Source of the DNA: Gemmatimonadota bacterium | GTDB taxonomy: Bacteria; Gemmatimonadota; Gemmatimonadetes; Gemmatimonadales; GWC2-71-9 | Length of the DNA: 64,000 bases | Assembly (NCBI GenBank): GCA_003222035.1 | Contig: QHUS01000045.1 | Location: 2,615-66,614, forward strand | Direction of reading: 5' to 3' | Notes under the pieces: generated by a model | The model's database searches: none | What the model saw: only the letters and a program-made list of their open reading frames with translations | What the model was told of the DNA's origin: nothing | Position numbers and translations under genes: made by a program | Shown here: one piece after another, positions 18,080-26,362 of the stretch | How the letters are laid out: each line of letters begins with the position of its first letter | How positions within the stretch are numbered: position 1 is the first letter of the stretch

Positions 18080-18771
18080 GTTCCCAGCGCCCGGCACCAC
18101 AACAGCTGTGCCAGCTCCCGGCCAACCACGCGGGGGTCGCCTGAAGGCACCAGCGCGATGGTCGTCGGCCCGTTGAAGGGCTGACGTTCGCTTACCGTGA
18201 GCAGGACGCCGGGCGTGAGCCCCTGCTCGGCGAAGTAGTGCAGGCGCGCAGGATCCTGCGTCCCCACCTGGCGCAACTCGAGCTTGGTGCCGATGGGCGC
18301 TTCCCCGAGGGCGACGAGCTCGGCCTCCTCGATGTCACCGGCCGCGGTGGGGATCGGGTCGCCGTGCGGGTCGTATTGCGGCTGCCCGAGAGCGTTCGCC
18401 ATCCGCTCGATCAGATCGTCGGATACGGCGTGCTCGAGCCGCTCGGCTTCGGCGTGCACGTTGCCCCAGTCGTAGCCCAGGTGCTGGGTGAGATACAGCT
18501 CGAGCACGCGGTGGCGGCGAATCATCCGGAGCGCGGCACGCCGGCCCTGCGACGTGAGTTGCACACCCCGGTAGGGCACGTGCTCGATGAGCCCCGTCTC
18601 GGACAGCCGTTTCACCATGCCGCTCACCGACGGTGGCGCCACGTCGAGCATCGCCGCGATATCGCTGGTTGCCGCGAAGCCCCCCTGGCTGGACAGGTGG
18701 TAGATCGCCTTCAGGTAGTCTTCCACAGACCGGGTGAGCGGCGGGTTGGGATCGCGCAGCGCTGGTTGCAT
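18076..18771 (-). CDS. mntR: DtxR/MntR-family metal-dependent transcriptional regulator with a FeoA/SH3-like C-domain
   Basis: VEDYLKAIYHL..., SVSGMVKRLSETGLI, RRHRVLELYL, HAEAERLEH metal-site motifs. 231 aa. Confidence 0.9.
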   Translation of the reverse strand: MQPALRDPNPPLTRSVEDYLKAIYHLSSQGGFAATSDIAAMLDVAPPSVSGMVKRLSETGLIEHVPYRGVQLTSQGRRAALRMIRRHRVLELYLTQHLGYDWGNVHAEAERLEHAVSDDLIERMANALGQPQYDPHGDPIPTAAGDIEEAELVALGEAPIGTKLELRQVGTQDPARLHYFAEQGLTPGVLLTVSERQPFNGPTTIALVPSGDPRVVGRELAQLLWCRALGT

Positions 18772-18858
18772 GCCGATTCTTTCTGCCGTGAAGGCAGGTC
18801 CCCGGGACTGGTTACTCGGTGCTATGATAATGAGTTAGGTAGCATCGCCCCGTAGGTG

Positions 18859-18872
18859 TTAGTCTATACTAA
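18859..18872. promoter_or_regulatory. candidate DtxR/MntR-type operator (TTAGT-N4-ACTAA) in the AT-rich leader of the mntR operon
   Basis: ttagtctatactaa is a near-palindrome in an unusually AT-rich patch, with a second TTAGGTAGC half-site at 18835-18843. The DtxR/IdeR consensus as I recall it is TTAGGTTAGCCTAACCTAA. Confidence 0.3.
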
Positions 18873-18912
18873 TTCGAGGATGCTGTCAAGCGAATATGTA
18901 GATTTCGGCGGG

Positions 18913-19512
18913 CTATTGTTGCTTGCTAACGAGGTCGACGAACGGGCTGAGGATCCGCTCCGTCATGCCCCAGATAACCTCGCCGTCCACCAGGTAGGCG
19001 GGGAACGTCCGTTTCGCACCCCGAAGCGTGAGGGTCACCTCGCGCCGCACGTCCGGGTCCGTGAGCCGGGCCAGCGGGAGCCAGAAAGCGCGTTGCACCT
19101 CATCGCTCGGTACGAGCGCGACACGCCGCGGCAGGGAGAACACGAAGGGCCGCACGACGACGGGAGGCAATGTCGGAGTACGCGGATGCAGGTCGTCCAG
19201 CGCGCCGAGCGACTCGGCACCAGTCAGGTCGACGCCCGTCTCTTCGCGCGTCTCCCGAATTGCCGTGGCCCGAAGGTCCGAGTCGCCGGGATCGTGGCGC
19301 CCGCCCGGGAACGCGATCTGGCCCGACCAGGGGTCATCCGCGCGTTCGGCGCGCCTGATGAGCAGGAGCTCGACGCCCTGCGGACTTTCCGCGAGCACGA
19401 CCGCGACGGCGGCGGGGCGGGCTTCCGGTGCATCGACTAGATACGGGCGATGGTCGCGCAAGGCGCGGCGCACCGCACCCAGGGTGATCAAGCGAGGTAC
19501 TTCGCCAGCCAT
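18913..19512 (-). CDS. NUDIX hydrolase (CoA pyrophosphatase-like)
   Basis: Nudix box GGRHDPGDSDLRATAIRETREETGV preceded by LLLIRRAERADDPWSGQIAFPGG, which is typical of the NudL/CoAse subgroup. Confidence 0.8.
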   Translation of the reverse strand: MAGEVPRLITLGAVRRALRDHRPYLVDAPEARPAAVAVVLAESPQGVELLLIRRAERADDPWSGQIAFPGGRHDPGDSDLRATAIRETREETGVDLTGAESLGALDDLHPRTPTLPPVVVRPFVFSLPRRVALVPSDEVQRAFWLPLARLTDPDVRREVTLTLRGAKRTFPAYLVDGEVIWGMTERILSPFVDLVSKQQ

Positions 19513-19883
19513 TGCACGATTGCCGCCGCGGCGAGCTCCGCCGACTGGCCGGGCACCACCGGACCCGGCACGCGCACGCCTCCCGACGCGCGTGCCGTCG
19601 CGAGAGAACCGTCGCGGCGCGGTTCGACCAGGGCGTAGCTATCCGCGTCCACGTCGAACACGCCGCGCTCAAGTGAATCGAGCGCGACCTCGAGCCCGGG
19701 CGATCCCGGCGGATCGAAGGCGACGACGGCAAACCCGGCCCGGGCGAGTCGCTCCACCAAGCCGGGCACGGGTGCGCACAGGACGACGACAGGGCGTCGC
19801 CCGGACGCGCTCGTGACATCCACCGCGACCGGAGGACCGGATGCGCCGGTGAGGCGGAACGATCGCGTGACTGGAGTGGCCAC
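19488..19883 (-). CDS. hypothetical protein (short alpha/beta-hydrolase-like fragment)
   Basis: 131-aa ORF with coding-like composition. 25-nt overlap with the NUDIX gene start. No catalytic motif recognised. Confidence 0.4.
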   Translation of the reverse strand: MATPVTRSFRLTGASGPPVAVDVTSASGRRPVVVLCAPVPGLVERLARAGFAVVAFDPPGSPGLEVALDSLERGVFDVDADSYALVEPRRDGSLATARASGGVRVPGPVVPGQSAELAAAAIVQWLAKYLA

Positions 19884-19941
19884 TCGTCAGCCGTTGCGAA
19901 GCACCGCAGCGCCGGTGATCATAGTGCCCGGAAATAATACG

Positions 19942-21201
19942 ATGACTGCGACGAGAATCCACATCTGGATGGCGGCGGGCCTCGTCGCGGGGCTCGCGCT
20001 CGGCCTCGCCGCAGCGTTGACCCACTCGCCGCAACTCCTCGCCCTGACCCAGTGGCTCCGGCCGCTCGGGACGCTTTTCTTGAACCTCTTGTCGATGGTC
20101 GTCATCCCGCTGGTCGCGACCGCGCTGTTCGCCGGGGTCGCGGGCCTCGGCGACCTGCGGCGCGTGGGCCGGCTCGGCGCGCGCACGCTCGGGTTCTTCG
20201 GCGCCACGACCATCGCCGCGATCGCGATCGGGTTCCTCGTGGCCGGCCTGATCCTCCCGCTCGCGCCCGTGACGCCGGACCAGCAGGCGGCACTGCGCGA
20301 CGCCGCGCAGTCGGATGCGGGCGTAGTCCACCGTGCCGCGGAGCAGCTCCCGACCGGTGCGCGGTTCGTGGTCGACCTGATTCCTGCGAACCCGGTGCGG
20401 GGCGCGGTCGAGGGGAATCTGCTGCCGCTCATCGTATTCATTACCATCTTCGCGGTCGCCGCTGCGGCGCTGCCCGAAGACAAACGCCACGCGCTCACCG
20501 AGCTCGCGGACGCGGCGACTCAGGCGTTGATCGTGATCGTACGCTGGGTTCTACTGCTCGCGCCGCTCGGCATCCTCGCGCTCGTCGCGGGCGCGGTCGC
20601 TGCGCTCGGCGTGCGGCTGGTCGTCACGATGGCGATGATGATCATCGCGGTGATCACGGGTCTCGCGGTGTTCATTGGGGGCGTGTACCTCCCGGCGGTG
20701 GCTCTCCTCGGACGAGTCCGCGTGGGGCGCTACCTGCGCGCGATCCGGGCGTCGATGCTCATGGCGTTCTCAACCACGTCGTCGCTCGCCACCTTGCCGA
20801 CGATGCTCGACGCCGCGGAGAACGATCTGCGGATCTCGCGCACCGTGGCGGGGTTCGTGCTTCCGCTCGGCGCGAGCATCGGCCGTGCGGGGAGCGCGCT
20901 GTTCCAGGCGGTCGCGGTGCTGTTCATCGCGCGGCTGTACGGCGTGAACCTGGGGGCCGTCGAACTGGTTCAGGCCGGTGCGGCGGTGTTCCTCACTTCC
21001 TTCACCGTCGCGAGCGTGCCGTCCGCGAGCATCGTGAGTCTCGCCCCCGCGTTCGCGAGCACCGGGCTCCCCTTCGCGGGGCTGCAGCTGCTCCTCGGGC
21101 TCGATCGCATTCCGGACATGTTTCGAACCATGACCAACGTGGTCGGACACTTGACTGGCGCAGTTGTCGTCGCCTCAGTAGAGGGAGAAAAGCTCGAGTG
21201 A
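19942..21201 (+). CDS. dicarboxylate/amino acid:cation symporter (DAACS/GltP family)
   Basis: Start MTATRIHIW at 19942. LNLLSMVVIPLV, SSLATLP, PLGASIGRAGSALFQ and NVVGH are typical DAACS motifs. Confidence 0.85.
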   Translation: MTATRIHIWMAAGLVAGLALGLAAALTHSPQLLALTQWLRPLGTLFLNLLSMVVIPLVATALFAGVAGLGDLRRVGRLGARTLGFFGATTIAAIAIGFLVAGLILPLAPVTPDQQAALRDAAQSDAGVVHRAAEQLPTGARFVVDLIPANPVRGAVEGNLLPLIVFITIFAVAAAALPEDKRHALTELADAATQALIVIVRWVLLLAPLGILALVAGAVAALGVRLVVTMAMMIIAVITGLAVFIGGVYLPAVALLGRVRVGRYLRAIRASMLMAFSTTSSLATLPTMLDAAENDLRISRTVAGFVLPLGASIGRAGSALFQAVAVLFIARLYGVNLGAVELVQAGAAVFLTSFTVASVPSASIVSLAPAFASTGLPFAGLQLLLGLDRIPDMFRTMTNVVGHLTGAVVVASVEGEKLE

Positions 21202-22022
21202 CGTGGCTGACCCCCGTCGCGTACGCGCTGTTCCTGCTGCTGCTCGTCTACCGCTACGCCACTCGCGGTCCGCGCCTGTCCGCGTACCAACCACAACGGG
21301 ACGGGCCACTCGTCTCCGTGATCGTCCCCGCCCGCAACGAGGCGGTCAATATCGAGCGCTGCGTTCGATCGATCCTCCAGACGGAGTACCGCTCCATCGA
21401 AGTGATCGTGGTGGACGATCGCTCCACCGACGCCACGGCCGAGATCGTCGAGCGCCTCGCGCGCGCGCCCGAAGCGACGGGCCGCCTCCAGCTCGTGCGC
21501 GGCGCGGAGCTCGCCGAGGGGTGGTTCGGCAAGCGCGTCGGCACGCACGCCGCCGTGAAGCAGCACGTCGCGGAAGACCTCGCTCTGGCGCAGCTCTACG
21601 TACGACATCATCTCGACATCTTCTTGACACACGGCGATCAGTACATGGCTGTCCGCATGTACCGGAGCCTCCCAGAGGTGATCGAGGGGTGGTCCAAGAA
21701 CCTCGCGTTGGGCGTGCCGTTGATGTTCCCGCCCAACGTGCTGATGCGGCGCGCGGCGCCCTATCTCATGTGGGTACCGGCCCTCTGCTGGATCGTGCCG
21801 CCGCTCGCTTGGGCCGTTGCGGGCCAGGCGTGGGCCGCGGTGACGACGGCGATCTCACTCGCGATCTGGGTCGCCGTTTATCGGGCCGAAGGCGCGCCCG
21901 TGCGATACACGCTGCTCTACCCGCTCGGCGCGGCGATGGTGGCGTACATCATGATTCGCTCGGCGCTGCGAGGGCCGAACGTGGAATGGCGGGGGAGGCG
22001 CTACGGCTTGGGCGCCAAGTAG
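21198..22022 (+). CDS. CrtQ-like family-2 glycosyltransferase with an apparent in-frame internal deletion (possibly non-functional)
   Basis: GTG 21198 overlaps the symporter TGA. VSVIVPARNEAVNIERC...IVVDDRSTD...EGWFGK, then directly ...HAAVKQHVAEDLALAQ...VRMY...EGWSKNL...VEWRGRRYG. The segment that carries the DxD motif appears to be missing. Confidence 0.6.
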   Translation: MTWLTPVAYALFLLLLVYRYATRGPRLSAYQPQRDGPLVSVIVPARNEAVNIERCVRSILQTEYRSIEVIVVDDRSTDATAEIVERLARAPEATGRLQLVRGAELAEGWFGKRVGTHAAVKQHVAEDLALAQLYVRHHLDIFLTHGDQYMAVRMYRSLPEVIEGWSKNLALGVPLMFPPNVLMRRAAPYLMWVPALCWIVPPLAWAVAGQAWAAVTTAISLAIWVAVYRAEGAPVRYTLLYPLGAAMVAYIMIRSALRGPNVEWRGRRYGLGAK

Positions 22023-22086
22023 CCGCTGTTGCTCGCTGCAAACGAGTGCGACGCTGTGTACCGAACCGCGCGGCGACCTGCGCTTG

Positions 22087-22446
22087 TTACACTCCGCACG
22101 CCTGAAACACTGGAGGGTGGTCGCCGCGTCCCAGGAGGTCGTGCAGCATCTCGTGCTCGGCGAGCCGCCTGTCGTCGAGCCGCTGCTCCGCCATGTAGAT
22201 CAAGTGCGGCGCGCGCCACCAGCCGTCGCACCAGCCCTCGTAGGCTGGACAGCGGTAGCTCGAGCCGGGGACCTCGTACCACTCCACGCGATCGAAGTCA
22301 CCCCATAGGCCCGCGCACTGCTCCATCTCCGACCACCATACCCGATAGCGAGCGGCGGGCGCGAACGGTTCCGCACCCGCCGGAGCGAACGAGTCGAGGC
22401 AGCCCAGCAGCAACAGCGGAGCCAGCCAACGCAGCCGAAACCGCAC
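22087..22446 (-). CDS. small Cys-rich lipoprotein with an HExxH motif
   Basis: GTG at 22446, lipobox LLLLGC, six further Cys residues, and HEMLHDLLGRGDH near the C-terminus. Lies 8 nt downstream of the Ni/Co transporter gene. Confidence 0.5.
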   Translation of the reverse strand: MRFRLRWLAPLLLLGCLDSFAPAGAEPFAPAARYRVWWSEMEQCAGLWGDFDRVEWYEVPGSSYRCPAYEGWCDGWWRAPHLIYMAEQRLDDRRLAEHEMLHDLLGRGDHPPVFQACGV

Positions 22447-22454
22447 CGGCCGTC

Positions 22455-23168
22455 TCAGGGCTCCACCGCGACCCGCACGGCGACGAGCAATCCCACGGCT
22501 ACACTCGCGAGTGCGCTCCCCACGTGCAGCACGGTCGCCCATCGCGCCCCCTGCCGGGAGGCCAGCCGCACGGCGCTCGCGAGCGAGACCGACACGAGCA
22601 GCATCCCGATCACCGTTCCGGCGGCGAAGGCGACGAAATACGCGAGCTGGGCGGTGCGGGTGGGCGCCGCCGCGACGAGCAACACGAGGATCGCGGCACT
22701 CCCGGCCAGCCCGTGCAGCAAGCCGAACCCCAGCGACCGCCGGGCGTCGGCCTGCGGGTGGCTGTGACTGTGCTCGGCGCCTTGCGCGTGGCTGTGAAGG
22801 TGAAGGTGGGGAGCACTCTCCGCATTGTGTGAATGCAAGTGCAGGTGCCAGCGACCGCGGGCATAGCGCAGGATGACCGTGCCGCCGAGGCCGACGAGCA
22901 GCAGCCCGACGAGAAGATCGGCGGCGGGCCAAAGACGATCCGGAAGATGCCACCCGAAGAGGATGATCGCGCCCACCACCACGCCCACGCTGGCGGTGTG
23001 ACCCAGCGCCCACGCGAGTCCGAGACGACAGGCGTCGAGCAGGCGGCCCTGCCGAGTCGCCAGCGTCGAGACGGCCGCGAGATGGTCCGGCTCGAACGCA
23101 TGTCGGAAACCCAGTAGCAGGCCGAGGCCCGCCAGGGCGAGGAAGTTAGGGCTCATGGCGGCCCGCAA
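22455..23168 (-). CDS. NicO/HoxN-type nickel/cobalt transporter with a His-rich loop
   Basis: GFRHAFEPDHLAAV signature, 6 TM segments, central loop HLHLHSHNAESAPHLHLHSHAQGAEHSHSH. Confidence 0.75.
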   Translation of the reverse strand: MRAAMSPNFLALAGLGLLLGFRHAFEPDHLAAVSTLATRQGRLLDACRLGLAWALGHTASVGVVVGAIILFGWHLPDRLWPAADLLVGLLLVGLGGTVILRYARGRWHLHLHSHNAESAPHLHLHSHAQGAEHSHSHPQADARRSLGFGLLHGLAGSAAILVLLVAAAPTRTAQLAYFVAFAAGTVIGMLLVSVSLASAVRLASRQGARWATVLHVGSALASVAVGLLVAVRVAVEP

Positions 23169-23199
23169 TCTAACGCGATTCGCTTCGCAGAGTCATGGC

Positions 23200-23814
23200 T
23201 CAGAAATAGACGGTCGCCCCGAAAGAGAGTCCTTGAACCGAACCTTGATACGCCCAATCCCGGCCGACCAACCCACTGGAGCCCGTGATCTTCGTTTTTT
23301 GATACGTGAACGCGAGGGTCGCAGCTCCTCCGATACTGAAGCGCCGCGTGATCAGGTACGCGGCGCCGAGTTCTCCGAATACACCCGCCCTCCATCCGTT
23401 GGAACATCCGCCCGCCGCGATGGGCGCGGTCGTCCCACCGCAGTTGTGTGTGTAGCCGCCAAGCGCGCCCACGGTCTGAAAGCTCACGACCGACTTACCG
23501 CGCCCCTGATAAAAGCGGCGCCCGATTCTGGTATCGACACTCGCGTTCGAGCTGAATCCGTCGCTGAGGAGCGTGTCGCCGGCGTATCTCGTGTCGTGCG
23601 CGTGGCCGCCCGTGAACCGGAAATCCAGCAGCCAGGCGCGATCGGGCGCCGTGAATCGGAGGGCGCCGAGACTCGCGAACGTCGTCCCGCCGGCGAACTG
23701 TGCGGCCCACTGGTGCCGCCGGAAAGGAATGGAGTCAGAAGCCGTGTCCTGGGCCGTGGCGAGCATCGGTGATAGGACGAACGCGCAGCAAATCGCGAAG
23801 CGGGAAGCGAACAC
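23200..23814 (-). CDS. small outer-membrane beta-barrel protein
   Basis: GTG start with GGAGG 5 nt upstream. Signal peptide ...MLATAQD, alternating strands, C-terminal ...GATVYF. Confidence 0.65.
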   Translation of the reverse strand: MFASRFAICCAFVLSPMLATAQDTASDSIPFRRHQWAAQFAGGTTFASLGALRFTAPDRAWLLDFRFTGGHAHDTRYAGDTLLSDGFSSNASVDTRIGRRFYQGRGKSVVSFQTVGALGGYTHNCGGTTAPIAAGGCSNGWRAGVFGELGAAYLITRRFSIGGAATLAFTYQKTKITGSSGLVGRDWAYQGSVQGLSFGATVYF

Positions 23815-23835
23815 GAGAGCCTCCGGTGAGGGGGT

Positions 23836-23845
23836 GGGGGGGGGG
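23836..23845. repeat. G10 homopolymer (preceded by G5-T) in a divergent promoter/leader region
   Basis: gagggggtggggggggggcgaga. Lies 22-31 nt upstream of the OM barrel gene start (read as C10 on its strand). Confidence 0.9.
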
Positions 23846-23909
23846 CGAGACGCTAACTATGCCCGGCGCGCATGGCGGCTCGCAACTTCCTCTGTTCTCT
23901 TTGACGATC

Positions 23910-25664
23910 ATGGAGTCCGTCCTCGACGCCATCCACGCCCGCTACGCGCCCGTCGACGCCCGTGTCGCCGAGATCCTCGAGAACATTCGCCGCGACTGCC
24001 GGGCGCTCGAACGGGAAAGTCGCAATCAAGGGAACGAGCGGCAGGTCGAGGAGTTCATCGACCGGCTGCGCGCCGAGTTCGGCGAGCGGGTGGTGATAGA
24101 GCGGCAGCGCCTTTCGGCCTGGGCGGTGCGCACGACGCGGTGGAACTACCTCTTCACCGTCCGCGGCGACAGCACCGACCGGATCGTCCTCGTCGCCCAC
24201 TACGACACCTGGCGCGGACCGGGCGCGGACGACAACACGACCGGCGAGGAGATCGTCAAGCAGTACCTCCTCGCCGACCTGCGTGCCGCGCGACGGCCCG
24301 CGTTGACCCACACCTACTTCCTCGCCGGCTCAGAGGAGTGCGGCCTGGTCGGACTCAGCTCTCAGCTGCTGCTCGCGCTGGGGCTCCAGGCCGCCAATCT
24401 CGCCCTCACCCAGCAGAATTGGCTGTGGGCCGTGGTGGCAGCCGCGCTCGCGCCGCTCGCCGGCTACCGATTCGGCGTCTCCGGATCCCGCGAGTACGTG
24501 AAGACCCTCTCCACCGAGCAGCTGCGCCGCATTCGTGGCGTGGTCTCCGTCGATTCGGTCGGGGAGGGCCGGCTCTACATCCCGCGCGGTACGCTCGGCG
24601 CCGATTTCTTGCACGTGCTGATCCCGTTCGGGGACTACGACTCGATCAACGATCTGCTCGAAGAAGCGGCCCACCTGCACGGGATCAAGTACAACAATTA
24701 TCTCGCCGGAGGCACGACCGATCACGTGTCGTTCCTCGAGGTGAACAACGGGCTGTGGGTCCGGGGGCGCGAGGCGGCGCGCCGAGTGGCAGCGCGACTC
24801 GCCCGCCGTCCCTACGCGCCGCCGCTGCGCGTGCCCGCGACCGCGCTGGTCGCGATGCTTCCGGGCAAGGCCTCCCCGCTCGTGTTCGGCGGCAAGATCC
24901 ACACGCCGCGCGACACGCCGGACCGCGTCTACCCCGGGCCGCTGCGCGAGACGCTTCTGATCCTCGATTACTTCTTTCACCGGCTCGATGGAGGCGCGCG
25001 CGTCGGCGAGCCGCGCAACCTGGACGAGTTCCACTACGCCCGGCTGTACCGCACCGCCGCCGGCCACCTGCTCGCCCTGAAGGACGCCGTGGAGCCGAAC
25101 CGCCGCAACGTGAACGGTGTGTATCGCGCGACTGCGACCGTCGAGGGGAAGCGCGGCATCGCCACCGTGCGGGATTTGGTGGGTTGGGGCGTGGAGACGC
25201 GGTTGCGCGATCAGGTCGCGGAAATCTGCGCCCAGCTGGGACTCACCTGGGAGCGTGAACGCATCGACGAGCTCGAGGTGATCGGCGACGACGCCCGCTT
25301 GCACTTCGCCCGGCACCTGACGCCGTTTCAGCGGCTCGCGAAAGCGTCACACCGCGCAATCGCCGCCGTGCAGAGCGTGGTGCGGAACTGGATCTTCCTG
25401 ACGTTCTTCGCGCTGGCGTGGGTGCTGGCGCAGGTGTTCGGGTGGGCCTTGGATGTCGCGTTCAGCCTGTCGACCCCGTTTGCCCTGTGGGTCGCAGAGC
25501 ATACCGTGCTGACGCTCATCGCCGTCGTCGCAGTGGAGATCGCGATCCTCTTGTACATGATGGCGCGACGGATCCCGACGTGGATCGATAATGCATACCG
25601 ACACGAGAACCGAGCCGATAACTTGGGAAGTCTGCGACGAGTCAGGGACCAGACGTTGAGGTAG
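23910..25664 (+). CDS. membrane-associated M28-family metallopeptidase
   Basis: VLVAHYDTWRGPGADDNTTG and FLAGSEECGLVG (M28 zinc-ligand motifs), plus internal and C-terminal TM segments. An alternative ATG lies at 23859. Confidence 0.7.
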   Translation: MESVLDAIHARYAPVDARVAEILENIRRDCRALERESRNQGNERQVEEFIDRLRAEFGERVVIERQRLSAWAVRTTRWNYLFTVRGDSTDRIVLVAHYDTWRGPGADDNTTGEEIVKQYLLADLRAARRPALTHTYFLAGSEECGLVGLSSQLLLALGLQAANLALTQQNWLWAVVAAALAPLAGYRFGVSGSREYVKTLSTEQLRRIRGVVSVDSVGEGRLYIPRGTLGADFLHVLIPFGDYDSINDLLEEAAHLHGIKYNNYLAGGTTDHVSFLEVNNGLWVRGREAARRVAARLARRPYAPPLRVPATALVAMLPGKASPLVFGGKIHTPRDTPDRVYPGPLRETLLILDYFFHRLDGGARVGEPRNLDEFHYARLYRTAAGHLLALKDAVEPNRRNVNGVYRATATVEGKRGIATVRDLVGWGVETRLRDQVAEICAQLGLTWERERIDELEVIGDDARLHFARHLTPFQRLAKASHRAIAAVQSVVRNWIFLTFFALAWVLAQVFGWALDVAFSLSTPFALWVAEHTVLTLIAVVAVEIAILLYMMARRIPTWIDNAYRHENRADNLGSLRRVRDQTLR

Positions 25665-25672
25665 ACGCCTAG

Positions 25673-26338
25673 ATGCGGCGCCGCCAAGCGGATATGAGGG
25701 CTGAGCTTCAAGGATTACAACCTTTCGCTCCTAACCCCCATCAAATCGGGCACATGGAGCTCACCATCCCCGGGGTGGCTACACTGCGCACAGACTCCGA
25801 CCAGGCGAAAAGGGGGGGCGGCGACGCGGAAGCAGCCGACGTGGCCCTCGCCGCCTCGGGCGACGGCAGCGCGTTCGAGCGGCTGTACCGCGCTCACGTC
25901 GCCCGCGTGCACAGCCTGATCCGACGGATGATCGGCCCGGACGCGGCCGACGACGTCGCGCAGGATGTGTTCGTGCGGGCCTGGACCAAGCTGGGGACGT
26001 TCCGCGGCGACGCGGCGTTCGGGACCTGGCTGCACCGCCTGGCCGTGAACGTGATCCTCGCCCGCCGCACGACCATCGGCACGGAACGGGTGCGTTACGA
26101 CGACTCCGAGAACGTACTCGATGGAGTCGCGGGACGACCACCCGCACCGGAGCTGTCGATGGATTTCGAGGAGGCGGTCGGACGGCTGCCCGACGGGGCA
26201 CGACAGGTGTTCGTGCTGCACGATATCGAGGGGTACCGGCACGAGGAGATCGCGGACATGCTGGGGATCGTGCCGGGGACGTCGAAGTCACAGCTGCACC
26301 ACGCTCGCATGGCGCTACGGAAGCACCTGGACCGGTGA
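25673..26338 (+). CDS. ECF-type RNA polymerase sigma-70 factor
   Basis: Region 2 (FERLYRAHVARVHSLIRRM...DVAQDVFVRAW) and region 4 (VFVLHDIEGYRHEEIADMLGIVPGTSKSQLHHAR). The true start may be the internal MELTIPG. Confidence 0.85.
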   Translation: MRRRQADMRAELQGLQPFAPNPHQIGHMELTIPGVATLRTDSDQAKRGGGDAEAADVALAASGDGSAFERLYRAHVARVHSLIRRMIGPDAADDVAQDVFVRAWTKLGTFRGDAAFGTWLHRLAVNVILARRTTIGTERVRYDDSENVLDGVAGRPPAPELSMDFEEAVGRLPDGARQVFVLHDIEGYRHEEIADMLGIVPGTSKSQLHHARMALRKHLDR

Positions 26339-26362
26339 GCGCGGCGGGACAAGGAGCGACGT

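Noticed and set aside
20052-21197. Upstream part of the 656-aa track ORF that ends as the GT2 gene
   Set aside because: It overlaps the DAACS symporter in another frame and has R/G/P-rich composition. The GT2 N-terminal TM segment and the VSVIVPARNE motif start at GTG 21198.
25665-25760. ECF-type autoregulated promoter upstream of the sigma factor gene
   Set aside because: I could not find a convincing GGAAC-N16/17-CGTT-like pair in the leader, so no promoter is called.
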